This document shows, piece by piece, positions 1 through 13,056 of a stretch of 64,000 nt of DNA. Numbering within the stretch: the first letter of the stretch is position 1; each line of letters starts with the position of its first letter. The position numbers and the translations under genes were made by a program. The DNA comes from Chrysomallon squamiferum. Its lineage: Eukaryota; Animalia; Mollusca. The DNA lies in NCBI GenBank assembly GCA_012295275.1, contig CM022676.1, positions 18,042,001 through 18,106,000 on the forward strand, in the 5' to 3' direction. The notes below the pieces were generated by a model that saw only the letters and a program-made list of their open reading frames with translations, did not search any database and was not told where the DNA came from.

Positions 1-480
1 TTGATAGATAATTGTTATTTATTTTTGAAAGTTGTAGAAATATCTGGGAGGGGGAAGTTGGAGAGTTAAATCTAACAAATTGGTGTGAGTGTGTAAACTT
101 TTATTCATTAATCATTATTTTAGTTTTATATTGTTGTTATTACCAAAAAACAACATGAGCTTTAGTTAGTTTTGAATTTTATATATAATGTAATTATATT
201 AATTTTTTTTTTTTTTTTCTTTATATATTATTGCTATGTTAATACAATTTTATTTATCTGTTTATTGATTTATGCTATATTTATGGATATTTCTGTTTAT
301 CTGTTTATTTATTTATTTGCTTGTTTGTTTGTTTGTTTATCTAGGAACTGGCTGAGTTTGATGTTAAACACTTTGTAATTCTGTTCTGTGACGGAGGATG
401 TCAGTACAAAGCTCTGTTTTCTTTCACACCAGAAACTGAAGAATTATCTAAATTTGTTGTGTAGGACCTAAAGAAGTAAC

Positions 481-930
481 CAATAAAATGATTCATAGGT
501 TTTATAAGTAAGTACATATTTAATATTTTATAAATAGTTTGGTTATTTCTACATATTTTTATATCAATAAAATGATTCATAGGTTTTATAAGTAAGTACA
601 TATTTAATATTTTATAAATAGTTTGGTTATTTCTACATATTTTTATATCAATAAAATGATTCATAGGTTTTATAAGTAAGTACATATTTAATATTTTATA
701 AATAGTTTGGTTATTTCTACATATTTTTATATCAATAAAATGATTCATAGGTTTTATAAGTATTTAATACATATTTTTGGTTATTTCTACATATTTTTAT
801 ATCAATAAAATGATTCATAGGTTTTATAAGTAAGTACATATTTAATATTTTATAAATAGTTTTGGTTATTTCTACATATTTTTATATCAATAAAATGATT
901 CATAGGTTTTATAAGTAAGCATGTATTTAA
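481..930. repeat. 84-bp minisatellite, ~5 units
   Basis: Unit caataaaatgattcataggttttataagtaagtacatatttaat... recurs at 481, 565, 649, 733; it explains the 28-aa repeat ORF 401..748. Confidence 0.95.
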
Positions 931-2811
931 TATATTTTATCTGTCACACTAAATATTACCAAAAATACAGTCTTGATAAGAAAGTGTGTTTTTATATTAT
1001 TTTAAATCTGTCTTTATAAATTTGTACATTCATCAACATGCAGCTCATTAATATAATGTAAAATAAATGTTTTTGCAAATTATGTTTTTACTGGTTATTA
1101 TTATTATTTTTTTTTAATATAAAATGAAAACATTTTTGGTAAAGATCAATACTGACCAAGTGAAATGTAGGTGTTTTTGACAAGATTTAAATAGTTGTGC
1201 ATGTCAGTGAAAAAAAGGGTATAGCCTATAACAAGACATTAATCAATATACTTTAGTGGACAACAGTGAATATAAAAAATGTATCACTATATAATTTCCT
1301 ATACTTTCAATTCAATTTCTTTTCTTATTTTCTTTTTTCTTTTGTTTTGTTTTTTTTTTTTTTTTTTAGTTTATTAATCACCTAACTGAAATGAACTCTT
1401 AAAATTAAAACATTTCAAAAAGAATTTAAGATTGTTTCTGTGTTACGGAATTATTTAATACTAATGAGTTATTGTTTTATTTATTAATTGTCATGTAATA
1501 AATTAATTAATATTATTTTATTTTTCTGACAGATATAATTATGTGGCTAAAAGTTTCACTCAAGTGACATCAACAAAACATTTATCTGTGTCCATTGATG
1601 CTGTTATTATTAACAATTCTCTCTGGAAGACTGGGAAACCACAGCAACATCAAAGAAAGTGTGTTAGGAAGACGTAGATCTCACAACACACATCACCATC
1701 ATCCTGATGTCATCAGCTGCAAGAGTTGACATTTTACATCGTTGTCTTGGTTACAATTCTAAATGACAAATGTTTCACAATGCTTTGTTTCAATTCAGGT
1801 TTAATCTGCATTTTTAAACATACTTTAAATTCAAGCATGCTGATTTTAAATATGATAATGAAATATGTTAATTTATTTAAATTCTTGTATATATCAAGAA
1901 ATGATCAGCTTAAAATAATTAATCATTTTCAGAGCACTCAGATCTTTAATTCAGAGGATGTGAAATGAAATCTACGATGAGCCCATGATATTTCAAATCC
2001 CTGTTTGTCAGATATAGCTGCAAGTTTTGTTATGATTATTTTGAACATGATTAATTAGGCTGCATCAAAGCTTGTCCTTTTATTTTTATTTTTTTATTTA
2101 ATTCAAAACTGATTTAATCCTATAAAAATGTGTAACTCTATTTTACTTCTTAATTATAAATGACTTATTTATTTAAATAAAAAGTAATATGTTTTATAAC
2201 TATGGAATTTTCCAGTTGTCTTTTTTTGATGAATTTATGTTCTATAGTGCTAAATGTTAAAGAAGAGAAAATATCAAAGTAAAACTTGTGTAAAAGTAAA
2301 GTGTATTGATTCAGATCTGAAGTTTCATTTCACTGTCATACTATTTGCATCCATAATGGATGCATAATGAATATTCATAACTACAGATTATATATAAAAC
2401 ACTTTATTTTTTTTAAAGTATTTTAGTTACCAAATTAGAAACTAAACCATATAGAAAACTCTAAAACATATAATTTTGAATTATTTTAGATTGATAATAA
2501 TATTAAGTACATTAATCTAAAAAACAATGTTATATAGGTGGAGAAATATGAGATTAGCTGATTCAACAAACGTGTATATGTAGTTATAAGTACATAATAA
2601 CAACAACAACAACAAAAATAATGAAAATAAATACACAAATAAAAAGTCAAACAAACAACAGCAAATATAATCCTCTCCTTTAGATCAGCTGAGAATAATT
2701 TAAGTGTGTTTTACACTGAACGAGTTGCATGAAGGAAATGTTTCTTGTGGGAACCCTGCACTCTCCATGTTTACAGTTTTATGGTGTTGAAAATAGTTAA
2801 GTTGAACACAC

Positions 2812-3433
2812 TAAGTAGAGAACTGTACACTCCACAGTCTTTGTTACAAAGCTGATTTCAATGAGATATACATGTTTATCATTATAACTATTAAAGTTAC
2901 GGTGTTGAACGTACAGTTAAGTAGAGAACTGTACACTCCACAGTTACTTTGTCACAGTTAAGTAGAGAACTGTACACTCCACAGTCTTTGTCAAAAGCTG
3001 ATTTCAATGAGATATAAATGTTTATCATTATAACTATTAAAGTTACGGTGTTGAACGTACAGTTAAGTAGAGAACTGTACACTCCACAGTCTTTGTCACA
3101 AAGCTGATTTCAATGAGATATAAATGTTTATCATTATAACTATTAAAGTTACGGTGTTGAACACACAGTTAAGTACAGAACTGTTCACTCCACAGTCTTT
3201 GTCACAAAGCTGATTTCAATGAGATATAAATGTTTATCATTATAACTATTAAAGTTATGGTGTTGAACGTACAGTTAAGTACAGAACTGTACACTCCACA
3301 GTCTTTGTCACAAAGCTGATTTCAATGAGATATAAATGTTTATCATTATAACTATTAAAGTTATGGTGTTGAACACAGTTAAGTACAGAACTGTTCACTC
3401 CACAGTCTTTGTCACAAAGCTGATTTGAATGAG
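2812..3433. repeat. ~106-bp minisatellite, ~5-6 units
   Basis: Unit acagttaagtagagaactgtacactccacagtctttgtcacaaagctgatttcaatgag... repeated; paralogous array at ~34590-35060. Confidence 0.95.
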
Positions 3434-4077
3434 AAGGGTGGAACGTTCTTTAGCTGTTTTACTTAGATGACAATTCTTACTTATCATTCGGATAACAGTG
3501 TTTACAGGTTTATAATAAAAGGTTAGGTTTAGTGGTAATTTAAATATCAGTTTATTTAAAAAAAAATAGATTTATGGTTATGATTAGCAGTTTTCTCCTT
3601 GGTTAGATTTATATTTAAATATCTACTTATATCAAAAGGCCTTTGAAATGAAACTTTTGATCAGTGTTAGGATAAATTTTATTGTATTTCAATAAATCCT
3701 TAATTTTATCATATTGCAACAAACAAGTTTATAGCTCGGGTTAGGATGGGGTTAGGGGTAGATCTAGGACTAGGGTCAGGCTTAGGTTTACGTTTAGATC
3801 TAGGAGTAGGTTTAGTAGCTATTTATTTGAAGAGAATTAAAAAAAACTTTGAAATTTGTGTATCTGTATGTGTGTTTCTATGGACATATGTAAATATGTA
3901 TATAGTTTAGGATTTTGAATATTCTCTGTCGTATGTACGTCTGATTAGACTGCACACAGACAATATTGGGGAACGCACTGGCTCAGGAGGACAAAATCCA
4001 GTCACGACCTCGCAAACCTGTCAGATGTCACTGACGAGACTCGTGTGTGTGTGTGTCTGTATGTATCTATTTGTATA

Positions 4078-4142
<65 letters not shown>

Positions 4143-4327
4143 CTGTCTAAATGTATGTCTATATGTGCGTATTTATGTATGAATTCGTATGTGTGTGTGT
4201 ATATATTTTATATATATATATATATATTTATACCTGAAATTATTATCATTATTATTTATTTATTTATTTATTCATTTCATTTTATTTTTCATTATTTTTA
4301 TTTCTCTATTATTATTATTAATATTAA

Positions 4328-4397
<70 letters not shown>

Positions 4398-4546
4398 GGA
4401 TCAGTTTATTTTACAACAACAACAACTATAACATGACAGAAATTCTGTAATGATTAGAATGTAGCTTACACGTGCACTACGCGTTACACACATCAGAAAC
4501 AACAAAAATGTCCTAATGTTTTACACTGTGAGGATAAAAAACACAC

Positions 4547-4587
<41 letters not shown>

Positions 4588-4589
4588 TA

Positions 4590-4686
<97 letters not shown>

Positions 4687-5637
4687 TTATTCTTGTTTCT
4701 CTCATAATTGTTTTTTTTGAAAATCCATGTCTAAAGAGAAAGTATTTATAAAGTATGTCAGGCAGAATAGAAAGAAGAAAATGAAGTAGAATAGATGAGT
4801 GAACTTGCACCATTTTCTACTACATTGATACCCATTATTTATATTTCACATACAGACAGACATACAGATAAGTGAACATCAAGAAACAATGTAGTTTACT
4901 GTTCATTGTTTCACAACTACTTTGTACTACACAGATTTTATACACATTCTTTATATTTCACATACAGACAGACATACAGATAGGTGAACATCAAGAAACA
5001 ATGTAAATAGTTTTAAAATATAAATGAAATAATGACTGAAAAATTTAATTTTTATCATGTAAATATTTTATTGCAGTTTTGTTTTATTACACTGGAGTAT
5101 GTAGAAATATATATTTAAATATCACAAGTTTTTTTGAAATAAACTACTTAACAAAATAATAGGAGAGTTTAAATATAAGCTCTCACAGACACACATACAC
5201 ATATATATACACACATGCATACACAGATACATATATATATATAAGATGGGGGAATATTTCAAGAGTAAATCAGAGTTTGTCTGAAAGTAAAATTTATTTG
5301 TAATTTAGCAAGTTTAAACTATAAAGTAATTCATAATTAAAAAAACCTTTTCTTTAAGGCAAAAATAAAATAAATTAACTAAATTAATAACTATACACTA
5401 ATATATTTTTTTAAAAGAAGTAAATAAAGTATAGAAATTAAGTAAATCAATTACTTTACAAAAAATATATTTTAAAGAAGAAGTAAATAAAGTAAACAAA
5501 TTAACTTAATTTATTACTTTAGAATAAATAAATAACTGGTGTTCTCTTTATTTATTAGTTTGTGTAAAGAAAAATGTCTGTCGACTTTCAACTTCAAAAC
5601 AGTTAAAGTGAAACCAACTTAGGAGACAGTTTGAAGT

Positions 5638-6558
5638 TTACTTTCTACACCATGTAAATATTTTTATTTGTCCGGTGTAAAACTCTCCCACGTACAGTTT
5701 GTTGTCATCACAACAGACAGACCAAGGTCTGGACAGTCCATCCTGGCCAGTGAGGATGTCACATGTAATGTTACCATCTCGTGACAACTGAACAACACAA
5801 TTTCTAAAACAATCACAAACAAAAATATTTCCCTCCCTGTCACATACGACATCTCTCAAGTCTCTCATCCTGTCTGAATCACGTGACTGCCATTTGATGT
5901 CACCTGATGACGTCACACAAAATACTTTGTTTACATTTTCTCTTTTTGACAACACACTGAGACACTGACCGTGAACTGTGAAATTGTACGGTCCGGGGAT
6001 CAAATCTGTTGAGATAGAATTAATGAGCTGACCACTCTCTGTCAGTATGTCCAAGTACTGACCACTAACACACCCAGTAACCGCGAAACGGTTGCCAGGT
6101 AACACAGCGATAAGCTGATAACTTTTATGAGTTTTAACTCTTTTGGTCACTTCGAAGTTTTTCAAATTTAAAACCAATATTTTAGTTTCATCTGGCAGAA
6201 CAACAACAACAGCAACGTCACCCCGCAGATCACGTGACTCAGCAAGACCGACTGGACCAGTGGAAGTCACGTGTTTGTTTATCAGTGATTTTCGTTCTAA
6301 ACAAAAACATTTTACACACCTATTGTCATAATCACTAACAACAATTTTACTCTTGTCCTCACCTGACACCAGGATGGAATACACACAAGGACTGAATTTA
6401 TCTTCTTTTGTTTTTGTATCAATGGTGTCTGCGTGTTTGAGTGTGTCTGTGTGTTTGTCTATTTGTGTGTCTGTGTGTTGTGTTTTTGTGTCAATGGTGT
6501 CTGTGTGTTTGAGTGTGTCTGTCTGTCTATCTGTGTGTCTGTATGTTGTGTTTCTGTG
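5638..6558 (-). pseudogene. TRIM-type NHL/beta-propeller C-terminal exon, copy A; open frame but no RING/coiled-coil 5' half
   Basis: Blade-like motifs IVVSDYDNRCVKCF, VVCDREGNIFVCDCFRNCVVQLSRDG, PWSVCCDDNKLYVGE. The frame stays open upstream through QHTDTQIDKHTDTLKHADTIDTKT to a TAA at ~6560. Paralog of 37446-38230. Confidence 0.85.
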
Positions 6559-7078
6559 TTAATGGTGTCTGTGTGTTTGAGTGTGTGTCTGTCTGTCTGT
6601 CTATCTGTGTGTTGTGTTTCTGTGTTAATGGTGTCTGTGAGTTTGAGTGTGTCTGTCTGTCTGTCTATCTGTGTGTTGTATTTCTGTGTTAATGGTGTCT
6701 GTGTGTTTGAGTGCGTCTGTCACTCTATCTGTCTCTGCGTCTGTATGTTGTATTTCTGTGTTAATGGTGTCTGTGTGTTTGAGTGTGTCTGTCTGTCTGT
6801 CTGTCTGTGTCTGTATGTTGTATTTCTGTGTTAATGGTGTCTGTGAGTTTGAGTGTGTCTGTCTGTCTGTCTGAGTGTCTGTATGTTGTGTCTGTCTTTG
6901 TTGTTAATGGTGTCTGTGAGTTTGAGTGTGTCTGTGTGTTGTGTTTTTGTGTTAATGGTGTCTGTGTGTTTGAGTGTGTCTGTGTGTTTTTCTGTCTGTG
7001 TGTTGTGTTTCTGTGTTAATGCTGTCTGTGTGTTTGAATTGTCTGTCTCTCTGTCTATCTGTGTGTCTGTATGTTGTG
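6405..7078. repeat. Expanded, frame-broken version of the 72-bp coding minisatellite
   Basis: About 9-10 variable-length units of aatggtgtctgtgtgtttgagtgtgtctgt..., versus ~4 in-frame units at 38220-38500. Confidence 0.9.
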
Positions 7079-7265
7079 ACTTAATTATTTGGTTGTTTCT
7101 GGTCAGCAAGTCTAAGTTTATGCTGTAAAGTAATAAAAACAAAGCAAAAAAATAGTTTACTTAAAAAATTAAAATATATCATTGATAATCCTTCCCTGTC
7201 TCCTGGGCTGATCTGACACTGGAATTTGAAAAACATAAATATTTATATTACTGATTATAAAGAAA

Positions 7266-7312
<47 letters not shown>

Positions 7313-8726
7313 TTTTTCTAATAGTGAAAATAAAAATAATAATGAGTTTAAAATAAATATAAAAATTAATTATAAAGAAAGAGCAAACACGTGATATATA
7401 AAATAATAATAAAACATAAATGATATTTATATCTCTCTGTAGTCAAAAAAGGAAATAAATAAATACATAAAATAATACAATCATCTCTTTTGATTTTAGT
7501 GTCTCATATCATGTCTTTTACTCATTTCATGTTCATCTTTTCACACTCAGGGCCTGACAAACCTACACGTAATGAATGGTCAATTAATTTTGTTGTATTA
7601 ATGAAAACAGCTGAGAAAGTAAACCAGTTTTCATGTGATCAGAGAAAACATAAACTTTTTTCTCCAGCACTGCTTCAGTACAGTCAATCTTCAGTAATAA
7701 GTGTATTAACAACAACAAAAATAATAAATGAAAACAAAACATATATATATATATATATGTATATAAAATAAAATAAATAAACAAATTTAAAAATACAAAA
7801 ACCAACAAACTATATAAATAAATAAGTAGAAAATGTATATAAAAAATAAATTCATGAGAAAACTCTGAGGTGTGTGTTATCATGTATACTGATAATCTAT
7901 TAAAAAAAAAAAATACCACCTTACCTCTCAGTTGTGTTGTGTATCATTAACATATTAAAACTGTGAGAAAAATATTACCACTGACAACTGCAGCTGCTGA
8001 ACTCTGTTTGTGGACTTGAATATGCTGGAAGCAACCCACCAGAACACAGCAACATCTCTGGGGATGGATTCAAGCTGGGTTCTGTCTGTGACTGGAATTT
8101 AGACCAACATTCGCCAGAACAGACTTGAACACACTTCCAATAACTCCATTATCAAGCAGCACCTTTCAAGAATCCCTGTAATAAATAAAAATCTTTTTTT
8201 GTTTAATGTCATTAACCATTATTAACTCTACAACAAAAACTAAAAAATGATGTTGATTAATTTAAAAATATCTCATAAAATAAAAAAAAAATAAAAAGAT
8301 ATTAAACTTTAATAAACAGTATTTTCACTCGTATGAATATAGTTTTCCTGCTGTGTGAATTAATATAATTAATACTACATTAGTTTAGTTTAATATAAAA
8401 TCTAAATCCTCAGAAGAAGAATTAAATAAACAGAAAAGAAATAAAACAGTAAATATAAATAAATAAATAATGATTTTATTTTATTTTTTTTTTTAATTTG
8501 TACTGTAGTGTAGTTTGATATTAGGTGTAAAATAACTGAAGACATTAAACATTTTATAGAATATATATTAATGAAAGCAAACTTGAAGACTAATCTGTTA
8601 GTATTAACAAAGAAAATTACAATTAGTAAAGAAGCAATGCACACATTTTGTTTTACTTAAAAAATAACAACTTTACCTAGGTGCTTCAAAATCTTTCATT
8701 ACTGTTACCAGAATATTCTTTGTATG

Positions 8727-8985
8727 ACCAATATGCTGAATCCTCCTCCACAGAGCTTGGGCACTGCTGAAAAAACATCTTCTTGAACATTTTCACTGCT
8801 GCACTGGAGACAGCTTTCTCAAAGTCGGTCTAGATAATCTGTGGCTTCAAATTGAAGTTTTTTCTGCTTCAATCTTCAAGAGTTGAAAAACTGATACAAA
8901 CGTAGCTTGAGTCTAGTTTGGAATGAACATGTAAACAAGAGGGTACACGATGTCCTGGAATTCTGCACGAAGAGTGTAAAACCAG
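8727..8985 (-). mobile_element. MULE (Mutator-like) transposase relic
   Basis: Manual translation across stops and frameshifts gives FYTLRAEFQDIVYPLVYMFIPN*TQATFVSVFQLLK / NFNLKPQII*TDFEKAVSSAAVKMF / CFFSSAQALWRRIQHIG. This follows the MULE motif order PLVYxLLPNK, TDFE, CxFHxxQAxWRxIQ. Confidence 0.88.
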
Positions 8986-11816
8986 TGTTTCCCTTTTTTC
9001 TTAGTTCACCTGAGAGTACTGGTCACCATGGAGACTGTACCTGTGAGTTATAGAACTGCTACCTGTAAAAGATATTTATAATCTTGAAATAATCTACAAT
9101 TTATTAATTTCATAAAGAAAGAGAAAATAAAAGGAAAGAAAAAAAAAACAATAAATAAATAAAGAAGGAAAAAGAGCAATAATAGTAGAAACAAAAAATA
9201 TTATGCTAATAACAATATTAATATATGATAGGTTCTTTGATTTTGCTTCTGGAGAGAAATACTGCATCAATTACCACAACAAGTTAACAAAATACTTAAA
9301 TAAATGTTTCTTTGTTTAACAGTATAAAACAGTTCATTCAATGAAGGCCGGCTTGCATTTGTATGGTTATTAAAACAACAAAAGCATTCAGTAATTTTGT
9401 AACATAATTTTCTAGTCATGATTTAAAATCATGAGCTTTTATATCATTCTATTTACATTGTTGTAAAATTACAGTAAACTGAATTTGAATAAAAAAGAGT
9501 TTAGTTAAAACATTAAAACTTTGATTTCTAATTAAATGAAATATCATTCCCTCAAAGAGAGGTAATACAGGGAACTATCACAACTAACTTTGCTGCAGAA
9601 TACACCATGACAACATTTCTAGGAAATCCACTCACATTTCCATTAACAAGACCAGAGATCTTTCTGTGACATCTTTGAAAAGACCAAGAGGGTTTCCAGG
9701 GATGTCCATATAATCAAGAATTTCATTTGCCTAACTTCTGAGTTCCAACAGATGAAAAAGAAAATTACAATATTAAGTATAGTAACACATTCAGTAATAA
9801 TATGGAAATATTTTAAAAGGCAAATGGATTTGTTTCCCTAACATGAAATTAGTTATATTCTTGGATTAAAGTATTTTATTAAATTGGAAAGGTTTCTAGG
9901 TTGTGTTTTCTTTTTTTCCCTTTGTAACGTTATGATGCTAACTTAAGTTAGAAAATGTTTATATATCTACAATTTACTGTTCAATTTTAATTTCAAGGAA
10001 GGGTATTCATTATCACTGAACATACAATAAAGAAAATAAAAAAATAATATAGCTTTAATTATAAAACAAGAGCACACACACACATAAGTTTAACTATTTA
10101 ACTTTCACTTTTCTTATAAATGTAATAAAAAGTAAGTGTAAATTAAAATATTCAATATAATAAATCAAAAAATAAATATTTAAGTAAATAAAATAAAAGC
10201 TAATTTTTTAAATTACTGCAAAGATAATTTAATAATGTTTTTTAAAACGAATGTTTAAAATTTGTTTTTGATATTTATAGAAGTTCAATTAATGTATAGC
10301 AATAATACCATGTACTGGAGGTATACAGGGCACAGGAGGGTAAGGAATAAAATAATAATCATGACTGAGGAAGAAGGAAACAAGACAAGGTTTCAAATCA
10401 AAGAAATTTAATAACAGACACAGTGACACAGAAAGATTAAATATAAAAACTATTGTAAGACTGACATCTCGAAACAGGACAAATTGATCAAAGTTTATGG
10501 TGACTAATGAGACTGAATAAACCATCAGTTCATTTTACTGATATATTTTAGAAAAACAGAATCATTCTTGTACATTTACTACTTCTTTGCTGCCATCTAC
10601 ACCAGCGACACAAAACTGTGTGACAAGGTTAAGAGAATGAGAAAAAAAATCTCATGAGTATTATCAAATATTGTTTGAACTGAAAGTGAGAAAACAACAT
10701 ATAAATAAAGTAATACAGAACATCAGATAAACATTTTTGTAATATTTTTAAACTGATTAATACATACTTGACCACGGACAGTAACATCAATGATATTTTA
10801 GGTATTCTTACTCCAAAAAAAATATCCCACTTGATAGGGATGGTGCTGTAGATAAAATAGTTGATCAATAAATCATTTAAGAAATTCTTCAGTTCTAAGT
10901 ACATAAGTGTGGAAAGTAATATTTAAATAAAAGCAATTAACCTCACTTTGGCAGTTTCTTCTTAAGTTCAGTTATTTTGTGACAGGGCTTCTATTGTCTC
11001 TCATAGAAACACATTAACATCTAGAAGATTCCCTGATAGAAATGATTCCATATTTCTAATCCTGGGATTATAGAAATGAAGAAGAGATATCCTAAAAATA
11101 CTAGCATATGAAAATTAACATAAATATAAAGTGGAATATGGTAAATTTGGTCTTCAGTAATACTGACCCATTGTTACAGGATGCATATAAATACTGTTAC
11201 TTTTGTCAGTTACAAATACTAGGGTACAAAAAAAAAAAAAAATATGGAAAAAATTGACCATTTTATATATACTTTTATTTGTATCACATATACATTTATA
11301 AACAATTTATAATGTAGTAAAACCTCTATACATGAATGAATGTGACTGGCTGAGGTTTGTTTATATTTACTTACATGTCGTTTGTAAGCTGTGTCTATGA
11401 CAGAACATTTTTATCATATTTGCTTTGTATTCATTTTAAACTGGGAAGTAAAGTAACAGTATATGATAACTTAACATAATCCATGCAATATTAAATCAGA
11501 ATATGGTTATCTAAATAAAGGTTTTGGTCTCTTGGGTGATAAAACTTTTGACATTAAAAAGGAAGATGAAGAAACAGAATTTAGATTAAATATTCCATCA
11601 TTTGCAAGATGAGGATCAGAAATGAGTGAGAAGACATTGTGTACATGTTGAAAGAGTTATCAAACTCATAAAAAGTATTTAAAATATTAAGTGGTAAATA
11701 TTATTTGTGTATGATGTCTTCTGTTGATCAAATATGGTATGTGTGTTCATTTTTAACACATTTTATGTCATCATGTATTAAAAGAAAGTAAATTTATTAC
11801 AACTTGAAAGCCTTAC

Positions 11817-12661
11817 ATGTGTTCAAAGTCCACTGCCTGATGGAACATTCCCAACACTGTCTTTTCATAGATGTTTTGTCAGTTAGCTAATGGGAGATCC
11901 ATGTAGACATTTGAGAGTATCAAGATCTTCACTTTTAACTTTGACTTTCCTGTAAAAAGACAGTTTACTTATGATAATCATTATAAAAATTGAAATGAGT
12001 AAAAAACAACACAAATATTTTGGTAAATGATAAAGTTTCAAAATGATATCACATACCATATTATGATAAATTATATCTGAACTGATATTTTACTGCTGTG
12101 AACTTATTATACATAGTGTAAACTGTATTGTAATAGTGAATTGTTTGAATTTAACTTTTATTGTTTTACTATATTTGTATACAATATCATCAGTTTGCCA
12201 TGTCATTTTGATATTTGTTCCATTTGGTTTATGTATTTTTTTTGTTTCTGTTTTGTTTCTTTCTTGCTGGTTTACAGAAGTCATCACAATACAACAAAAT
12301 AGATTTTTTAATATGTACACAAACACTGTCATTAATACTATAAAATGCCTATTGTGAAAAGCACACAAATAAATGTTCTATGCCTGCAGTCTGTCAGTGT
12401 ATTCTGCATTGGTCTTTTCTTTCAGTCTGGCCTTGGGTTGACAAATGTTATATGAGCCAGTTCTGTAGCAGGCATCTTCAGAACTCTTTGCACATTGCAC
12501 TGTTCTGGAAGTAACACTGAAGAAACTTGAATGGAAACTTCCATAAAACCCATCATCAGTCATTGCTGTAGAGCCAAGATAAACCCAACTACATGGGAAC
12601 ATGATCCACAAGATGTAGAAAAATATGTCAGACATGCACAGTGTAGACTACCAGGCCAACC
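11817..12661 (-). mobile_element. Relic of a SWIM zinc-finger transposon accessory protein (ISL2EU/Harbinger-group YqaJ-nuclease type), two exons
   Basis: 12661-12373 reads LHCACLTYFSTSCGSCSHVVGFILALQQ*LMMGFMEVSIQVSSVLLPEQCNVQR...KKRPMQNTLTDCR, i.e. CxC...CSH followed by a degenerate CTSLPQQWHVPR-like motif. Exon 11949-11817 reads ...SPIS*L...GNVPSGSGL*. The family assignment is from recall. Confidence 0.68.
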
Positions 12662-13001
12662 CAGGATAGTTATGTTTGATATTTGAAATTAAAAAAATGA
12701 ATGAATGAATAAATAAAAAAATAACTTAATGAATGAATAAATAAATAATTGGAATACAGACCATAACAATAACAATAAGAAGATGAAAAAGAAGAAAGAC
12801 AAGAACAGCAACAATAATAAAATATCAATGATGATCATGAATCCAGTTAGACAGGTAAATTCAGTTTTTTAAAGTTTGTTGAAGGATAATTTTATGCTAC
12901 TCTTCATTTCGCCAACAGGATTAAGGTGTTAGGGAGCAATAATTTCAAGAGATTATGACTTGAAATTTTACAACTTATTTATACCTTTCTCTTCTCTTTT
13001 C

Positions 13002-13033
<32 letters not shown>

Positions 13034-13056
13034 TATCCACGCACACATGTAACAGT

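Larger units (their letters stand above)
1..7078. repeat. Segmental duplication, copy A (direct repeat of ~31320-38500; probably continues left of the window)
   Basis: Position 1 (ttgatagataattgttatttatttttgaaagttgtag) matches 31320 onward. The copies are colinear and highly similar through the NHL exon, differing mainly in minisatellite copy number. Confidence 0.97.
7122..12661 (-). ncRNA. Predicted spliced non-coding/pseudogenic mosaic unit (copy A)
   Basis: Polypyrimidine-AG/GT-bounded blocks at 11949-11817, 9062-8677 and 8175-7925, plus acceptors before 11091 and 7122. No long ORF. 7150-11190 is paralogous to 54530-58200. Confidence 0.5.

Noticed and set aside
1726-1968. 80-aa ORF conserved in both duplicate copies (33532-33774)
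   Set aside because: TTG start, no recognisable motif, and conservation is explained by the recent duplication.
3735-3835. Interstitial telomere (TTAGGG-like; also ~35365-35450)
   Set aside because: Short and highly degenerate; more likely part of an old repeat.
4047-4813. ORFs over (TA)n, (ATT)n, (GA)n and (CA)n tracts here and throughout (e.g. 42932-43246, 47113-47514, 48652-49230)
   Set aside because: Microsatellite translation artefacts.
6353-7128. Cys/Val/Ser-rich plus-strand ORFs (also 38160-38630)
   Set aside because: Antisense shadows of the TRIM linker minisatellite.
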